From Pseudomonadota bacterium (lineage in GTDB: Bacteria; Bdellovibrionota_B; Oligoflexia; Oligoflexales; CAIYRB01): a stretch of 64,000 bases of DNA. The position numbers and the translations under genes are program-made. The notes beneath the pieces are model-generated. The model did no database searches. It saw nothing but the letters and a program-made list of their open reading frames with translations, and was not told the origin of the DNA. This document shows positions 7,397-16,456 of the stretch, one piece after another. The stretch lies in assembly GCA_031416315.1 (NCBI GenBank), contig JANOTL010000098.1:29857-93856 (forward strand), given 5' to 3'. The first letter of the stretch is position 1, and the number at the start of each line of letters is the position of its first letter.

Positions 7397-10300
7397 TCGC
7401 GATCGACCTCGAGCCCGCGTTCGTCCGCAAGATGCGCGAGCTCTTGGATCTTGAGCTCGCCCAGGACTTCCCGAAGCCGGCGAAGGCCCGCGGCGGGGTC
7501 CTGGTCGCCGAGAAGCTGGCGACCGGCCAGCTCTCCGGAGACGAGCTCATCGCGACCGTTCGCGACAAAGGCGAGGCGTTCAAGGTGCGCCTGACGCTCC
7601 CGGTTTTCGGCGGACCGAGCCGAACGCAGTGCGCGTGCGGCCGTCAGCACGCCGCCTCGGGCGAGCCGCGCTGCGCGCATGTTTACGCCGCGTTGACCGC
7701 GCTGTCCGCCGACCTCGACAAGTACGCGGAAAAGGCCCTCGCCGTCGACGATGAGTCGGCGCTCTTCGCCGCCATGGACGCCTTCATGGGAGAAGGGCTC
7801 GCGAGCGATTCCACGATCGTCGCGGGCGCCGACACCGAAGAAGTCTTGCGCATCGTCTGGCGCATCGACGACCGGCTGGAGATCTCGCCGCATCTGCAGA
7901 CGCGAATGGGGAGCGCCTCCTGGTCGAAAGGCCGGCGCCTGCCATGGGGCGAGTTCATCGGCTCGCCGGCGTTTTGGGCCTCGCCCGCCGACCAAATGGC
8001 GGCGGCCCGCGTCAAGCCGCGGCGCGTCGGCGATCCCGACGACTTCGAGGTCGACGTATTCGGCCTGCTCGAAGACCTCGACGGACACGCGCTGGTCTTC
8101 GGCGAGAGCGAGGCGCCGCTGGCGCTCGCCGCGGGGACGATCGGGCTCACGGTGCGGACGACGGAGGAAGGCATCGTCGTCGCGAGCCATATCGACGCCG
8201 CGCCCGTCGCAAGGCAGTGGATCTTCGCAGGGCAGGGCTACGTGACGATGGCGGAGGAGCCGCGGCGCCTGTTCTTCGCGCGCGCAAACAAGGCAACGAC
8301 CACCTTTCTCGACAAGCTCGAGCGGACGGCGCGGCCGGTGCCGCTCGAAGGTCGCGACAAGCTCCTGCACTACCTCGTGCGGCTCGAGCAGAAGCTCGCG
8401 GTCGCGGTCGGCGAACAGATGGATTTGGCGACGACGCCGGCGAGCGACACGCTCCACGTGCGGTTGACGCCGATGCAGCCGAGCGGGATCAAGATCGAGC
8501 TCTTGGTGCGGCCGGCGCCGAGCGGCGGCTATTTTCCCGCGGGGCAAGGCCCCGAGGCGGTGCTCGACGTCACCGATCCCGAGACGCCGCGCAACGTTTC
8601 ACGGGCTTTAGAGCAAGAAGCCGAGAAGGCGTACGCGCTCGTGCACGAGCTCGACCTCGCGGGCATGCCATGCGTGCACGGGCACATCTTCTTCGTGCGG
8701 ACCGACGAGACGGCGCTGGACTTCGTCAACGGCCTCAACGCCTATGCGGCGAAGGCGGGCGTCGTCGTCGAGTGGCCGAAGCACGCGCAGAAAAATTACG
8801 AAGAGGCCGAGCCTTTGGCGGAGCAGACCTTCCACATCGCCGTCGGCGAGGGCCGCGATTGGTTCGACGTCGCCGGCACGGTCGACGTCGGCGGGCAAGC
8901 GGTCGCGCTGCAGGAGCTGATCGAGGCGATCAAGCGGAAGACGCGCTACGTGCGCTTGTCCGACGGGCGCTGGACGCGCGTGACCGAGCTCTTCGAGAAG
9001 CGCCTGGCGAAGCTCGCCGGGCTTTTCGAGACGACGCGCAAGGGGCTGGCGTTGCCGGCCGCCGTGATCCCGGCGCTGGCGGCGCTCGATCTCGAGGCGG
9101 AGCGCATCGAGATCACGCGGGCGAGCGACGATTTCAAGCGCGCCAACGCCTTGTTCAAGAAGACGCGGGACATGACGGTCTCTTTGCCCGCAGGCTTCCA
9201 AGCGACCTTGCGGCCCTATCAGCAAGCCGGCTTCGAGTGGCTGGCGCGGCTCGCGGCGTGGGGCATGGGCGCTTGCCTCGCGGACGACATGGGGCTCGGC
9301 AAGACGGTGCAGACGCTCGCGGTCCTGCTCCGGCTCGCGGCGGACGGCCCTTCGCTCGTGATCGCGCCGACCTCGGTGAGCCCGAATTGGGCGAAGGAGG
9401 CGAAAAGGTTCGCGCCGGACCTGCGCGTGATCATGTACCGCGAGACCGACCGCGAGACGGTGCTCGAAGGCCTGCGGCCGGGGGATCTCCTGCTCGTGAG
9501 CTACGGGCTGGCGCAGCGGGATGCGGAGAAGCTCGCGACGGTGGAGTGGTCGGCGCTCGTCCTCGACGAGGCGCAGGCGGTGAAAAATTTCCAGACGAAG
9601 ACGGCGAAGGCGATCGGGCTCCTCTCCGCGCAGTGGCGGCTCGCGCTCACGGGCACGCCGGTGGAGAACAACTTAGGCGAGCTGTGGAGCATCTTCCGCC
9701 TGATCTCGCCCGGGATGCTGGGCTCCTGGGAGGCTTTCAAAAAGAGCTACGCCGTGCCGATCGAGCGCTTCGATCTGGAGGGCGCGCGCCTCGCCTTGGA
9801 GCAGCGGATCCGGCCCTTCATCCTGCGGCGGATGAAGGAAGACCATCTCAAGGAGCTGCCGCCGAAGACGGAGATCGACGTCGCGGTCGAGCTCGGCGAG
9901 GAGGAGCGGCGCCTCTACGACGCGGTCCGGCTCAGCGCCGTCTCCGACCTCGAAGCGAAGCTCAAGGCGGCGGAGGCGAAGGCGGCGAAGGATCCCAACG
10001 CGAAGGAGCCCGATCAGCGCATGGCGGTGCTCGCGGCGTTGACGAAGCTGCGCCAGATCGCCTGCCATCCGAAGCTCTTCGATCCGGATTGGGCCGGACC
10101 GGCGGCGAAGCTCGCGGCCTTCCTCGAGGTCTGTGCCGATCTGAAGCAGAACGGGCACCGGGCCTTGGTGTTCTCGCAGTTCACGAGCCATCTCGCCTTG
10201 CTCGGCGACGCGCTGCGCCTGCGTGGCTACCGTCTGCTCGATCTCGACGGCTCGGTGCCGCAGGCGCGGCGCGCGGAGCTGGTCGAGGAGTTTCAGCGGG

Positions 10301-10602
10301 GTGAGATCGACTTCTTCCTGATCTCGCTCAAAGCCGGCGGGACGGGTCTCAATCTCACGGCCGCCGACTTCGTCTTGCACCTGGATCCGTGGTGGAATCC
10401 GGCGGTCGAGGATCAGGCGACCGACCGCGCGCACCGAATGGGGCAGACAAAGCCGCTCACCGTGTACCGCTTCATCGCCTCCGGCACCGTGGAGGAGAAG
10501 ATCCTGGCCCTGCACGCCGACAAGCGCGAGCTCGTCGACAAGCTGTTCAGCGGCGCCGGGGCTTCGGTCTCGACGGATACGATGCTGGCTATGCTGCGCT
10601 GA
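7393..10602 (+). CDS. SWIM zinc finger + SNF2/DEAD-like helicase
   Basis: CxC...CxH SWIM motif; LRPYQ, LADDMGLGKT, DEAQ, LTGTPVEN, FSQF, SLKAGGTGLNL, DPWWNPAVEDQATDRAHR; GTG start at 7393 after GAAGGA. Confidence 0.92.
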   Translation: MIAIDLEPAFVRKMRELLDLELAQDFPKPAKARGGVLVAEKLATGQLSGDELIATVRDKGEAFKVRLTLPVFGGPSRTQCACGRQHAASGEPRCAHVYAALTALSADLDKYAEKALAVDDESALFAAMDAFMGEGLASDSTIVAGADTEEVLRIVWRIDDRLEISPHLQTRMGSASWSKGRRLPWGEFIGSPAFWASPADQMAAARVKPRRVGDPDDFEVDVFGLLEDLDGHALVFGESEAPLALAAGTIGLTVRTTEEGIVVASHIDAAPVARQWIFAGQGYVTMAEEPRRLFFARANKATTTFLDKLERTARPVPLEGRDKLLHYLVRLEQKLAVAVGEQMDLATTPASDTLHVRLTPMQPSGIKIELLVRPAPSGGYFPAGQGPEAVLDVTDPETPRNVSRALEQEAEKAYALVHELDLAGMPCVHGHIFFVRTDETALDFVNGLNAYAAKAGVVVEWPKHAQKNYEEAEPLAEQTFHIAVGEGRDWFDVAGTVDVGGQAVALQELIEAIKRKTRYVRLSDGRWTRVTELFEKRLAKLAGLFETTRKGLALPAAVIPALAALDLEAERIEITRASDDFKRANALFKKTRDMTVSLPAGFQATLRPYQQAGFEWLARLAAWGMGACLADDMGLGKTVQTLAVLLRLAADGPSLVIAPTSVSPNWAKEAKRFAPDLRVIMYRETDRETVLEGLRPGDLLLVSYGLAQRDAEKLATVEWSALVLDEAQAVKNFQTKTAKAIGLLSAQWRLALTGTPVENNLGELWSIFRLISPGMLGSWEAFKKSYAVPIERFDLEGARLALEQRIRPFILRRMKEDHLKELPPKTEIDVAVELGEEERRLYDAVRLSAVSDLEAKLKAAEAKAAKDPNAKEPDQRMAVLAALTKLRQIACHPKLFDPDWAGPAAKLAAFLEVCADLKQNGHRALVFSQFTSHLALLGDALRLRGYRLLDLDGSVPQARRAELVEEFQRGEIDFFLISLKAGGTGLNLTAADFVLHLDPWWNPAVEDQATDRAHRMGQTKPLTVYRFIASGTVEEKILALHADKRELVDKLFSGAGASVSTDTMLAMLR

Positions 10603-11305
10603 CTTCGTCGTGCTTGGAGGCGGGCGCGGTTTCCGCCGTGCGCGTCACGGCTTGCGCCGTCGTCTGCGGTTGAGCTTGAGTCTCGGCGGCTGCTTCGCGC
10701 GCCGCCTTGCGCTTCCCCAGCTTCCACTTCGCGAAGATCACGATCCCTGCGGTGGCGATCGCGGCGACGATGCCGTGGTTCGCGCGCTGGATGTTCGCGA
10801 TGACGCTCTCCATCTGGTCGCCGAAGTAGTAGACCGAGTAGACGATGGCCGGCACGCTGATCAGCGCGGCGAGGCCGTCGTAGAGGAGAAAAGCGCGCGT
10901 CGGGACGCCGAGCGCGCCCGCGGTGAAGAAGAGGGGCGAGCGCAGGCCCGGCATGAAGCGGGCGGCGAAGAGGATCTTGTTGCCGCGTTTCTGCAGCACC
11001 TCGGCGACCTTGTTCAGGCGCGCCTCGGGGAGGAGCCGCGCGAGAAAGCCCTTCTTCGCGACCTTCAGCCCGTAGCGGCGGCCGAGGAAGAACATGGTGC
11101 CGTCGCCGATCATCACGCCGGCCAGGCCGACGGCGATCATTCCATAAACGTTGGCGGCCTTCGCGTAGGCGAGGATGCCGGCCGCGATCAGGGTGATGTC
11201 CTCGGGGATCGGGACGCCGCAGCCGCAGGCGAGCAGGATCAGGAAGACGACGACGTAGGCCGTCGGGCCTTGGAACCCGAGGAGGAGCTCAGCTAGCTTT
11301 GGCAC
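10589..11305 (-). CDS. DedA family membrane protein
   Basis: GVPIPED, GDGTMFFLGR, ARFMPGLR, AG...F motifs. Confidence 0.9.
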   Translation of the reverse strand: MPKLAELLLGFQGPTAYVVVFLILLACGCGVPIPEDITLIAAGILAYAKAANVYGMIAVGLAGVMIGDGTMFFLGRRYGLKVAKKGFLARLLPEARLNKVAEVLQKRGNKILFAARFMPGLRSPLFFTAGALGVPTRAFLLYDGLAALISVPAIVYSVYYFGDQMESVIANIQRANHGIVAAIATAGIVIFAKWKLGKRKAAREAAAETQAQPQTTAQAVTRTAETAPASKHDEVSAA

Positions 11306-12215
11306 TCGGGGTTCCTCCTTCTTTGCGCTTCGCGATGATGGATGCCAGGATCGAGGCGGCTAGGAGCCCGAAGACGACGCCGAGCGCCCAACCTATCGGC
11401 ACTTTCACGACGTCTGTTAGCAGCATTTTCGCCCCGACGAACGCGAGGATGGCGGCCAGGCCGTAGTGTAGGTAGGCGAAAGCGTTAACGGCTCCGGCGA
11501 GCATGAAGTAGAGGGACCTGAGCCCCAAGATGGCGAAGACGTTCGAGGTATAGACGAGAAAGGGGTCCTCGGTGATCGCGAGGATCGCCGGGATCGAGTC
11601 GACGGCGAAGATCACGTCGGAGACCTCGACGACGAGAAGGGCGACGAAGAGTGGAGTCGCGACCCGCTTCCCGTGCGAAAGGATGAAGAACTTGTCGCCG
11701 TGCAGCTCCGGAGTCACCGGCACGAGGCGGCGGAAGAGCTTGATCACCGGATTATGGGCCGGATCGACCTCTTGCCCGTGCGAGCGCACCATCTTGATCG
11801 CGGTGAAGATCAGGAAGGCGCCGAAGACGTAGACCACCCAGTGGAACTTCTGGATTAGAGCGACGCCGGCGAAGATGAAGCCCGCGCGCATCAGCAGCGC
11901 GCCGAGGATCCCCCAGAAGAGGACCTTGTGCTGATGCTGCTGCGGGATCTTGAAGTAAGCGAAGATGGTGAGGAAGACGAAGACGTTGTCGACGCTCAGC
12001 GATTTCTCGATCAGGTAGCCGGTGAGGAAGGCCGTGCCCGCCTCCGCGCCCTGAAAGAAATAGAGGCCCCCGCAAAAGAGGAGGGCGAGCGTCACCCAGA
12101 CGCTGCTCCAGACCGCGGCTTCCTTGACGCTGACGACGTGCGCCTTCTTGTGAAAGACGCCGAGGTCGAGCGCCAACATGCCCAAAACGAAGAGGTTGAA
12201 GAGGAGCCAAGTCAT
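11289..12215 (-). CDS. TerC/Alx family metal or pH homeostasis membrane protein
   Basis: EKSLSVDNVFVF, DVIFAVDSIPA and SNVFAILGLRSLY motifs. Confidence 0.93.
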   Translation of the reverse strand: MTWLLFNLFVLGMLALDLGVFHKKAHVVSVKEAAVWSSVWVTLALLFCGGLYFFQGAEAGTAFLTGYLIEKSLSVDNVFVFLTIFAYFKIPQQHQHKVLFWGILGALLMRAGFIFAGVALIQKFHWVVYVFGAFLIFTAIKMVRSHGQEVDPAHNPVIKLFRRLVPVTPELHGDKFFILSHGKRVATPLFVALLVVEVSDVIFAVDSIPAILAITEDPFLVYTSNVFAILGLRSLYFMLAGAVNAFAYLHYGLAAILAFVGAKMLLTDVVKVPIGWALGVVFGLLAASILASIIAKRKEGGTPSAKAS

Positions 12216-12289
12216 GGTCCCAGTTTCGGCCAGAATCTCAGATCCATAAAATTGATAATCTCGATCGATTTGATCTAGAATCTGGACCC

Positions 12290-13168
12290 ATGAAGACTTG
12301 GCTAAATTTTCAACATCTGCGCTATTTCCAAATGATCGCGCAGGAAGGCGGCGTGGCGAAGGCGGCGGCGAAGTTGCGCCTCGGTCAGTCGACCTTGTCG
12401 ACGCAGCTCGGGCAGCTGGAGGATCAGATCGGGCTCGCGCTCTTCGAGCGGCGGCAGCGGCGGCTCTTTCTGACCGAGGCGGGGCGGATCGCGCTCGACT
12501 ACGCCGGCGAGATCTTCAAGCTGGGCGACGAGCTGCTCGACGCGCTGCACGATCGCCGCGACGATTTCCGCCTCCGCGTGCAGATCGGCGCGCTCGACGC
12601 GGTGCCGAAGGCGGTCGTCGTCGAGCTCGTCGGCGTGGCGCAAGCGCACGCGCCCTGCGCGATCTCGGTGAGCGAGGGACAAGCGGACGAGCTCTTGCGC
12701 GCGCTGAAAGCCCACGAGATCGACCTCGCGCTCTTCAACTATCAGCCGGCTTTCGAGCGCACGGGCTTGATGGCGCGGCTCGCGCGCCGGACGCCCGTCG
12801 TCGTGCTCGGTGCGCCGGGGTTCGCGAAGTTGGCGAAGGGCTTCCCGCAGTCCTTGAAAGGGCAGCCTTTCGTGATGCCGGGCTCGCAGTCGCGGCTGCG
12901 CCACGACGTCGATCATTTCCTCAAAGTGCGTGGCATTCCGGTCGACGTCGTGCTGGAGGCCCAGGACACGAGCCTTTTGACGCTTTTGGCGGCGGAGGGC
13001 GCGGGGCTCATCCCGGTCGGCGCGTCGTCGGCGGACGAGCTGGAGCGGAAGTACAAGTTGAAGCGCCTCGGCACCTTGCCGGACGTGCACGAAGAGCTGT
13101 GGTTGATCGCGGGCGAGCGGCGGATCGAGAATCCGGTCGCGGCGCGGTTGTTCAAGTCTTTCCGATAA
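12290..13168 (+). CDS. LysR family regulator, NhaR-like, divergent from terC
   Basis: WLNFQHLRYF...EGGV.KAA.KL..QSTLS.Q...LE...LFER...LTEAG helix-turn-helix; AT-rich intergenic operator region. Confidence 0.9.
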   Translation: MKTWLNFQHLRYFQMIAQEGGVAKAAAKLRLGQSTLSTQLGQLEDQIGLALFERRQRRLFLTEAGRIALDYAGEIFKLGDELLDALHDRRDDFRLRVQIGALDAVPKAVVVELVGVAQAHAPCAISVSEGQADELLRALKAHEIDLALFNYQPAFERTGLMARLARRTPVVVLGAPGFAKLAKGFPQSLKGQPFVMPGSQSRLRHDVDHFLKVRGIPVDVVLEAQDTSLLTLLAAEGAGLIPVGASSADELERKYKLKRLGTLPDVHEELWLIAGERRIENPVAARLFKSFR

Positions 13169-13198
13169 AGACCACCGAAGAAATCAATAATTCAGACT

Positions 13199-13238
13199 TC
13201 GCATTTCATTGAAAGCGCCCCGCATCAATGAAATGCGA
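13199..13238. repeat. 14-bp inverted repeat between convergent genes (possible terminator or processing stem)
   Basis: TCGCATTTCATTGA-N12-TCAATGAAATGCGA. Confidence 0.7.
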
Positions 13239-13265
13239 GGTGCCCTTTAAAAGTACGCGACGAGA

Positions 13266-13502
13266 TCAGAGGCAAGTGACCTCGACGTCGGCGCACAGCA
13301 GCGAGCCGCCTTGGCTGCCGACCATGACTTGGTCAAACATGCAGCGGTAGCCGCCGCTGTACTGCGGGTAGCCGACACGGACTTGGCAGCTGCCCGTTTT
13401 AGGGGCTACCACTTCGTCCCCGTCGTTCCCGTAGGCGTAACCTACGAGCCCGGCTGCCACGATCGAGCCACCTAGCGCCATCCCTTTGAGAAAGCTGAGC
13501 AT
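13266..13502 (-). CDS. Small secreted Cys-containing hypothetical protein
   Basis: SD GGAGGGG, N-terminal hydrophobic segment, 4 Cys. Confidence 0.65.
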   Translation of the reverse strand: MLSFLKGMALGGSIVAAGLVGYAYGNDGDEVVAPKTGSCQVRVGYPQYSGGYRCMFDQVMVGSQGGSLLCADVEVTCL

Positions 13503-13590
13503 CTGGTCCCCTCCAAAAACGAGCGGAGAAAGAAATTCCTTTTTGTTTTAAACTGATAGGACGATTGTCATCAAGGAAGAAGGGCACACA

Positions 13591-14217
13591 ATGACGACCA
13601 CGACGAACATCAAGACGGCAGACGAAGTTCAGTCCAACGCGTGGACCGATCTCGGCCTCGGCGACATGATGACCGAAGCGAAGCTCCTGCAGCGCCGCCA
13701 GCTCTTCATCTCCGAAGCCATCACCTCGCGCTCGGCGAAGCGGTTCATCTCGGAGCTCCTCTCGCTGGAGGCCGACAAGGCAGGCGCGCCGATCACCATC
13801 TTCCTGAACAGCCCGGGCGGCGAGGTGAACAGCGGTTTCGCCATCTTCGACACCATTCGCTTCATCAGCTCCCCCGTCACCATCGTCAATACGGGCCTTT
13901 GCGCCTCGATCGCCACCGTGATCAACGTCGCGGCGAAGAAGAACCGCCGCTTCTCGATGCCCAACGCCAAGTTCCTGATTCACCAACCCTTGATCCCGGG
14001 TCAGGTCTACGGTCAGGCCTCCGACCTCGAGATCACGGCTCGCGAGATCCTCAAGACCCGCGAGAAGATCAACCGCCTCCTTTCCGACGAGACCGGCTCC
14101 CCGATCGAGAAGGTCTCGAAAGACACCGTCCGCGACTACTGGATGAACGCCCAGGAGGCCGTCGAGTACGGTTTGGTCACCCGAATCGTCGAGAACGTGA
14201 AGGACATGGACAAGTAA
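13591..14217 (+). CDS. clpP: ATP-dependent Clp protease proteolytic subunit (stand-alone paralog)
   Basis: NSPGGEV, CASIA (Ser), IHQP (His) and RDYWM (Asp) triad motifs. Confidence 0.93.
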   Translation: MTTTTNIKTADEVQSNAWTDLGLGDMMTEAKLLQRRQLFISEAITSRSAKRFISELLSLEADKAGAPITIFLNSPGGEVNSGFAIFDTIRFISSPVTIVNTGLCASIATVINVAAKKNRRFSMPNAKFLIHQPLIPGQVYGQASDLEITAREILKTREKINRLLSDETGSPIEKVSKDTVRDYWMNAQEAVEYGLVTRIVENVKDMDK

Positions 14218-14262
14218 GCCTTTTCAGGTCCCCCACGATGCGTTAGATAAGTGGACCGCGAT

Positions 14263-14349
14263 GCGATCGTGGTGGAATTGGTAGACACGCTGGTCTCAGA
14301 AGCCAGTGGGCTTACGCCTGTGGAGGTTCAAGTCCTCTCGATCGCACCA
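14263..14349 (+). tRNA. tRNA-Leu(CAG)
   Basis: GCGATCG acceptor, D-loop TGGTAGAC, anticodon arm CTGGT-CTCAGAA-GCCAG, long variable arm, GGTTCAAGTCC, CCA end. Confidence 0.96.
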
Positions 14350-14412
14350 GCCTTCGCCAAGGCTACGGCTGGCAAGCCAGCTTAGGCTACGTAAGTCAGC
14401 TTAGGCGGTCCG

Positions 14413-16191
14413 ATGAAGAGCGCCCACGGAGACTTCGTGAAGCGCTCCTTCGTCTTCGGCTACCTCAAGCACGACCTGCCGAGCCTCGTCGTCGCGACCA
14501 CGTTCGCGCTCGGGCTCGGCGTGACGGCGGCGTCAGTAGGCGCGCTGAGCGGGCTCGCGTTCCAGGTCTTGAGCGCGACGGGAAACGAGACGCTGCGGTT
14601 CGAGCAGACCTTCGGGCCTTCGCTTGGACCTTTGGCGGCCTGGATCCTCGGGCGCGACGGCGTGAGCTCGGGCGAGCTGATGCGGCTCTTGCCGCAATGG
14701 CTAATCGTGCTCGCGGGGGCGAAGGCGCTTTTCGGGCTCGTGCAGTGGTACCTCTGGGAGCGCGCCGGCGAGCGCGCGGCTTTGACGATGCGCGCGGATC
14801 TGGTCGACGCGTTTCTGCGCCTGGATCCAGCGCAGCGGCGCGAGGGCGCGGCGCTCGCGGTCGAGGCGGACCTGTCGTCGACGGTGACGACCGACGTGCG
14901 GATGCTGCGCGAGTACATCGTCCATTTCTACGGCGGCCTGCCGCGGGAAGCGCTGCAGATCGTGTTCACGACGGCGACCCTGATCGCCTTGTCGCCGAAG
15001 CTGACGGCGATCTTTTTCCTCGCCGTCGCGCCGACGGCCGCCGTGGTGAGCAAGATCGGGCGCAAGCTCCGCAAGCGGGCGCGCGCCGCGCTCGAGGATT
15101 CCTCGTCGCTGACGGAGTGGCTGCAGCAGCGCTTGCTCGGGATCGAGACGATCAAGCACTACCGGACGGAGGGCCTCGAGGATGCGAAGATGGTCGAGCT
15201 CGGGACCGAGCTGCACCGGAAGTTTCAGCGCGCGGCGCGAGTGAAGGCCAGGACCTCGCCGGCGATGGAGGCGTTCGCGGTGATCGCGCTCGGCGCCGTG
15301 CTCGTCGTCGCGCTCGGGGACGTGGCTGCGGAGCGGGCGACGGGCGCGCAGCTCTTCTGGTTTTTCTCGAGCCTCGCTTTGATGTCGCAGGCGGGGGCGA
15401 AGCTCGGCAAGTACTTGAACTCGAATCGCGAGGGCGCGGCGGCGGTCGATCGGCTGCGCCACGTCCTCGACTCTTTGCGGGCGCATCGCCGAGGCGAGGG
15501 CTTCGTCGGCGAAGGCGAGCGGCTCGCGTTCGCGAACGTGTCCGTGCAATATCCGGGGACGAAAGCGAAGGCCTTGGCGGATTTCAGCTTCACGTTCGCG
15601 CCCGGCAAGATCTACTGCTTGGTCGGGCCCTCGGGCGCCGGGAAGAGCACGGTCTTCGGCGCGGCCCTAGGCCTGATTCGGCCGCAGAGCGGCACCGTGG
15701 CGGCGCCGAAGGCGCTGCTCTCGATGCCGCAGCAGGTGCGTTTGGCGCCAGCGAGCTTGGCGGCGAACGTCGCGTATCCCGATGCGAGCTGGGATGCGGC
15801 GCGAATCGACTTCGCTTTGGCGCGCGTCGGCTTGGCCAACGTGACGAGGGAGCTGCCGGAAGCGCAGGAGACCTTGGTCGGCGAGGGGGGCCGCGGCGTC
15901 AGCGGCGGGCAAGCGCAGCGGATCTTGCTGGCGCGGCTGCACTATCGGCGCGCACCTGTTGTTCTGGTGGACGAGGGAACGTCGGCCTTGGATCCAGAAG
16001 TCGAGATTTTGGTGCACGGCTTGCTGCGGGAGCTCGCGGATGCGGGCGCGACCGTGATCGCGATCGCGCATCGCCCTTCGGCGGCGGCGATTGCCGACGA
16101 GGTGTTGTTGCTGGACGGCGGCAGGTTGGTGGCGAGCGGAACTTTGGGAGTGGTCGAGAGGACCGCGTTGTTTCAGCGGTTGATGCGGTGA
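14413..16191 (+). CDS. ABC exporter, fused transmembrane and ATPase domains (MsbA-like)
   Basis: N-terminal TM helices; GPSGAGKS, VSGGQ, VLVDEG and IAHR motifs. Confidence 0.9.
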   Translation: MKSAHGDFVKRSFVFGYLKHDLPSLVVATTFALGLGVTAASVGALSGLAFQVLSATGNETLRFEQTFGPSLGPLAAWILGRDGVSSGELMRLLPQWLIVLAGAKALFGLVQWYLWERAGERAALTMRADLVDAFLRLDPAQRREGAALAVEADLSSTVTTDVRMLREYIVHFYGGLPREALQIVFTTATLIALSPKLTAIFFLAVAPTAAVVSKIGRKLRKRARAALEDSSSLTEWLQQRLLGIETIKHYRTEGLEDAKMVELGTELHRKFQRAARVKARTSPAMEAFAVIALGAVLVVALGDVAAERATGAQLFWFFSSLALMSQAGAKLGKYLNSNREGAAAVDRLRHVLDSLRAHRRGEGFVGEGERLAFANVSVQYPGTKAKALADFSFTFAPGKIYCLVGPSGAGKSTVFGAALGLIRPQSGTVAAPKALLSMPQQVRLAPASLAANVAYPDASWDAARIDFALARVGLANVTRELPEAQETLVGEGGRGVSGGQAQRILLARLHYRRAPVVLVDEGTSALDPEVEILVHGLLRELADAGATVIAIAHRPSAAAIADEVLLLDGGRLVASGTLGVVERTALFQRLMR

Positions 16192-16456
16192 CGCAGATTC
16201 GCCCGGCGCTGCGACGATCCTGATAACATCAGCTCGGCATCGGATGACTCATCCCCGGGACATCGACAGCCTGCCGCACTGCGCGTAACGTCATCGAAGT
16301 AGGTCATTCTCGTGATCTGTACGATATGCGCACGTCAGGGCGCTTACGCCCTTTGCTCGCAACCGTCACGATTGGAAAAGACCCGCTTCACCTTGCCGCT
16401 GATCGACGTTGGTAGCGCGATCGGACTCGGCAGTTTGGCTTCATTGGCCAGAAAGT

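Noticed and set aside
7944..10304. Long alternative-frame and antisense ORFs (for example 7944..10304, 14697..16223, 46666..48444, 52269..53774)
   Set aside because: Arg/Gly-rich shadow frames expected from high GC3 codon bias; they overlap well-supported genes and have no motifs
7393..10602. SNF2 helicase as part of a defence system (DISARM, Zorya or BREX-like)
   Set aside because: Ordinary SWIM-SNF2 architecture with no methylase, nuclease or other defence partners adjacent
13591..14217. Stand-alone clpP as an inactive ClpR-like subunit
   Set aside because: Ser, His and Asp triad motifs are all present
16318..16334. TGTACG-N5-CGCACG as a Crp/Fnr-type site upstream of the ice-binding gene
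   Set aside because: Imperfect palindrome, single instance, no cognate regulator nearby
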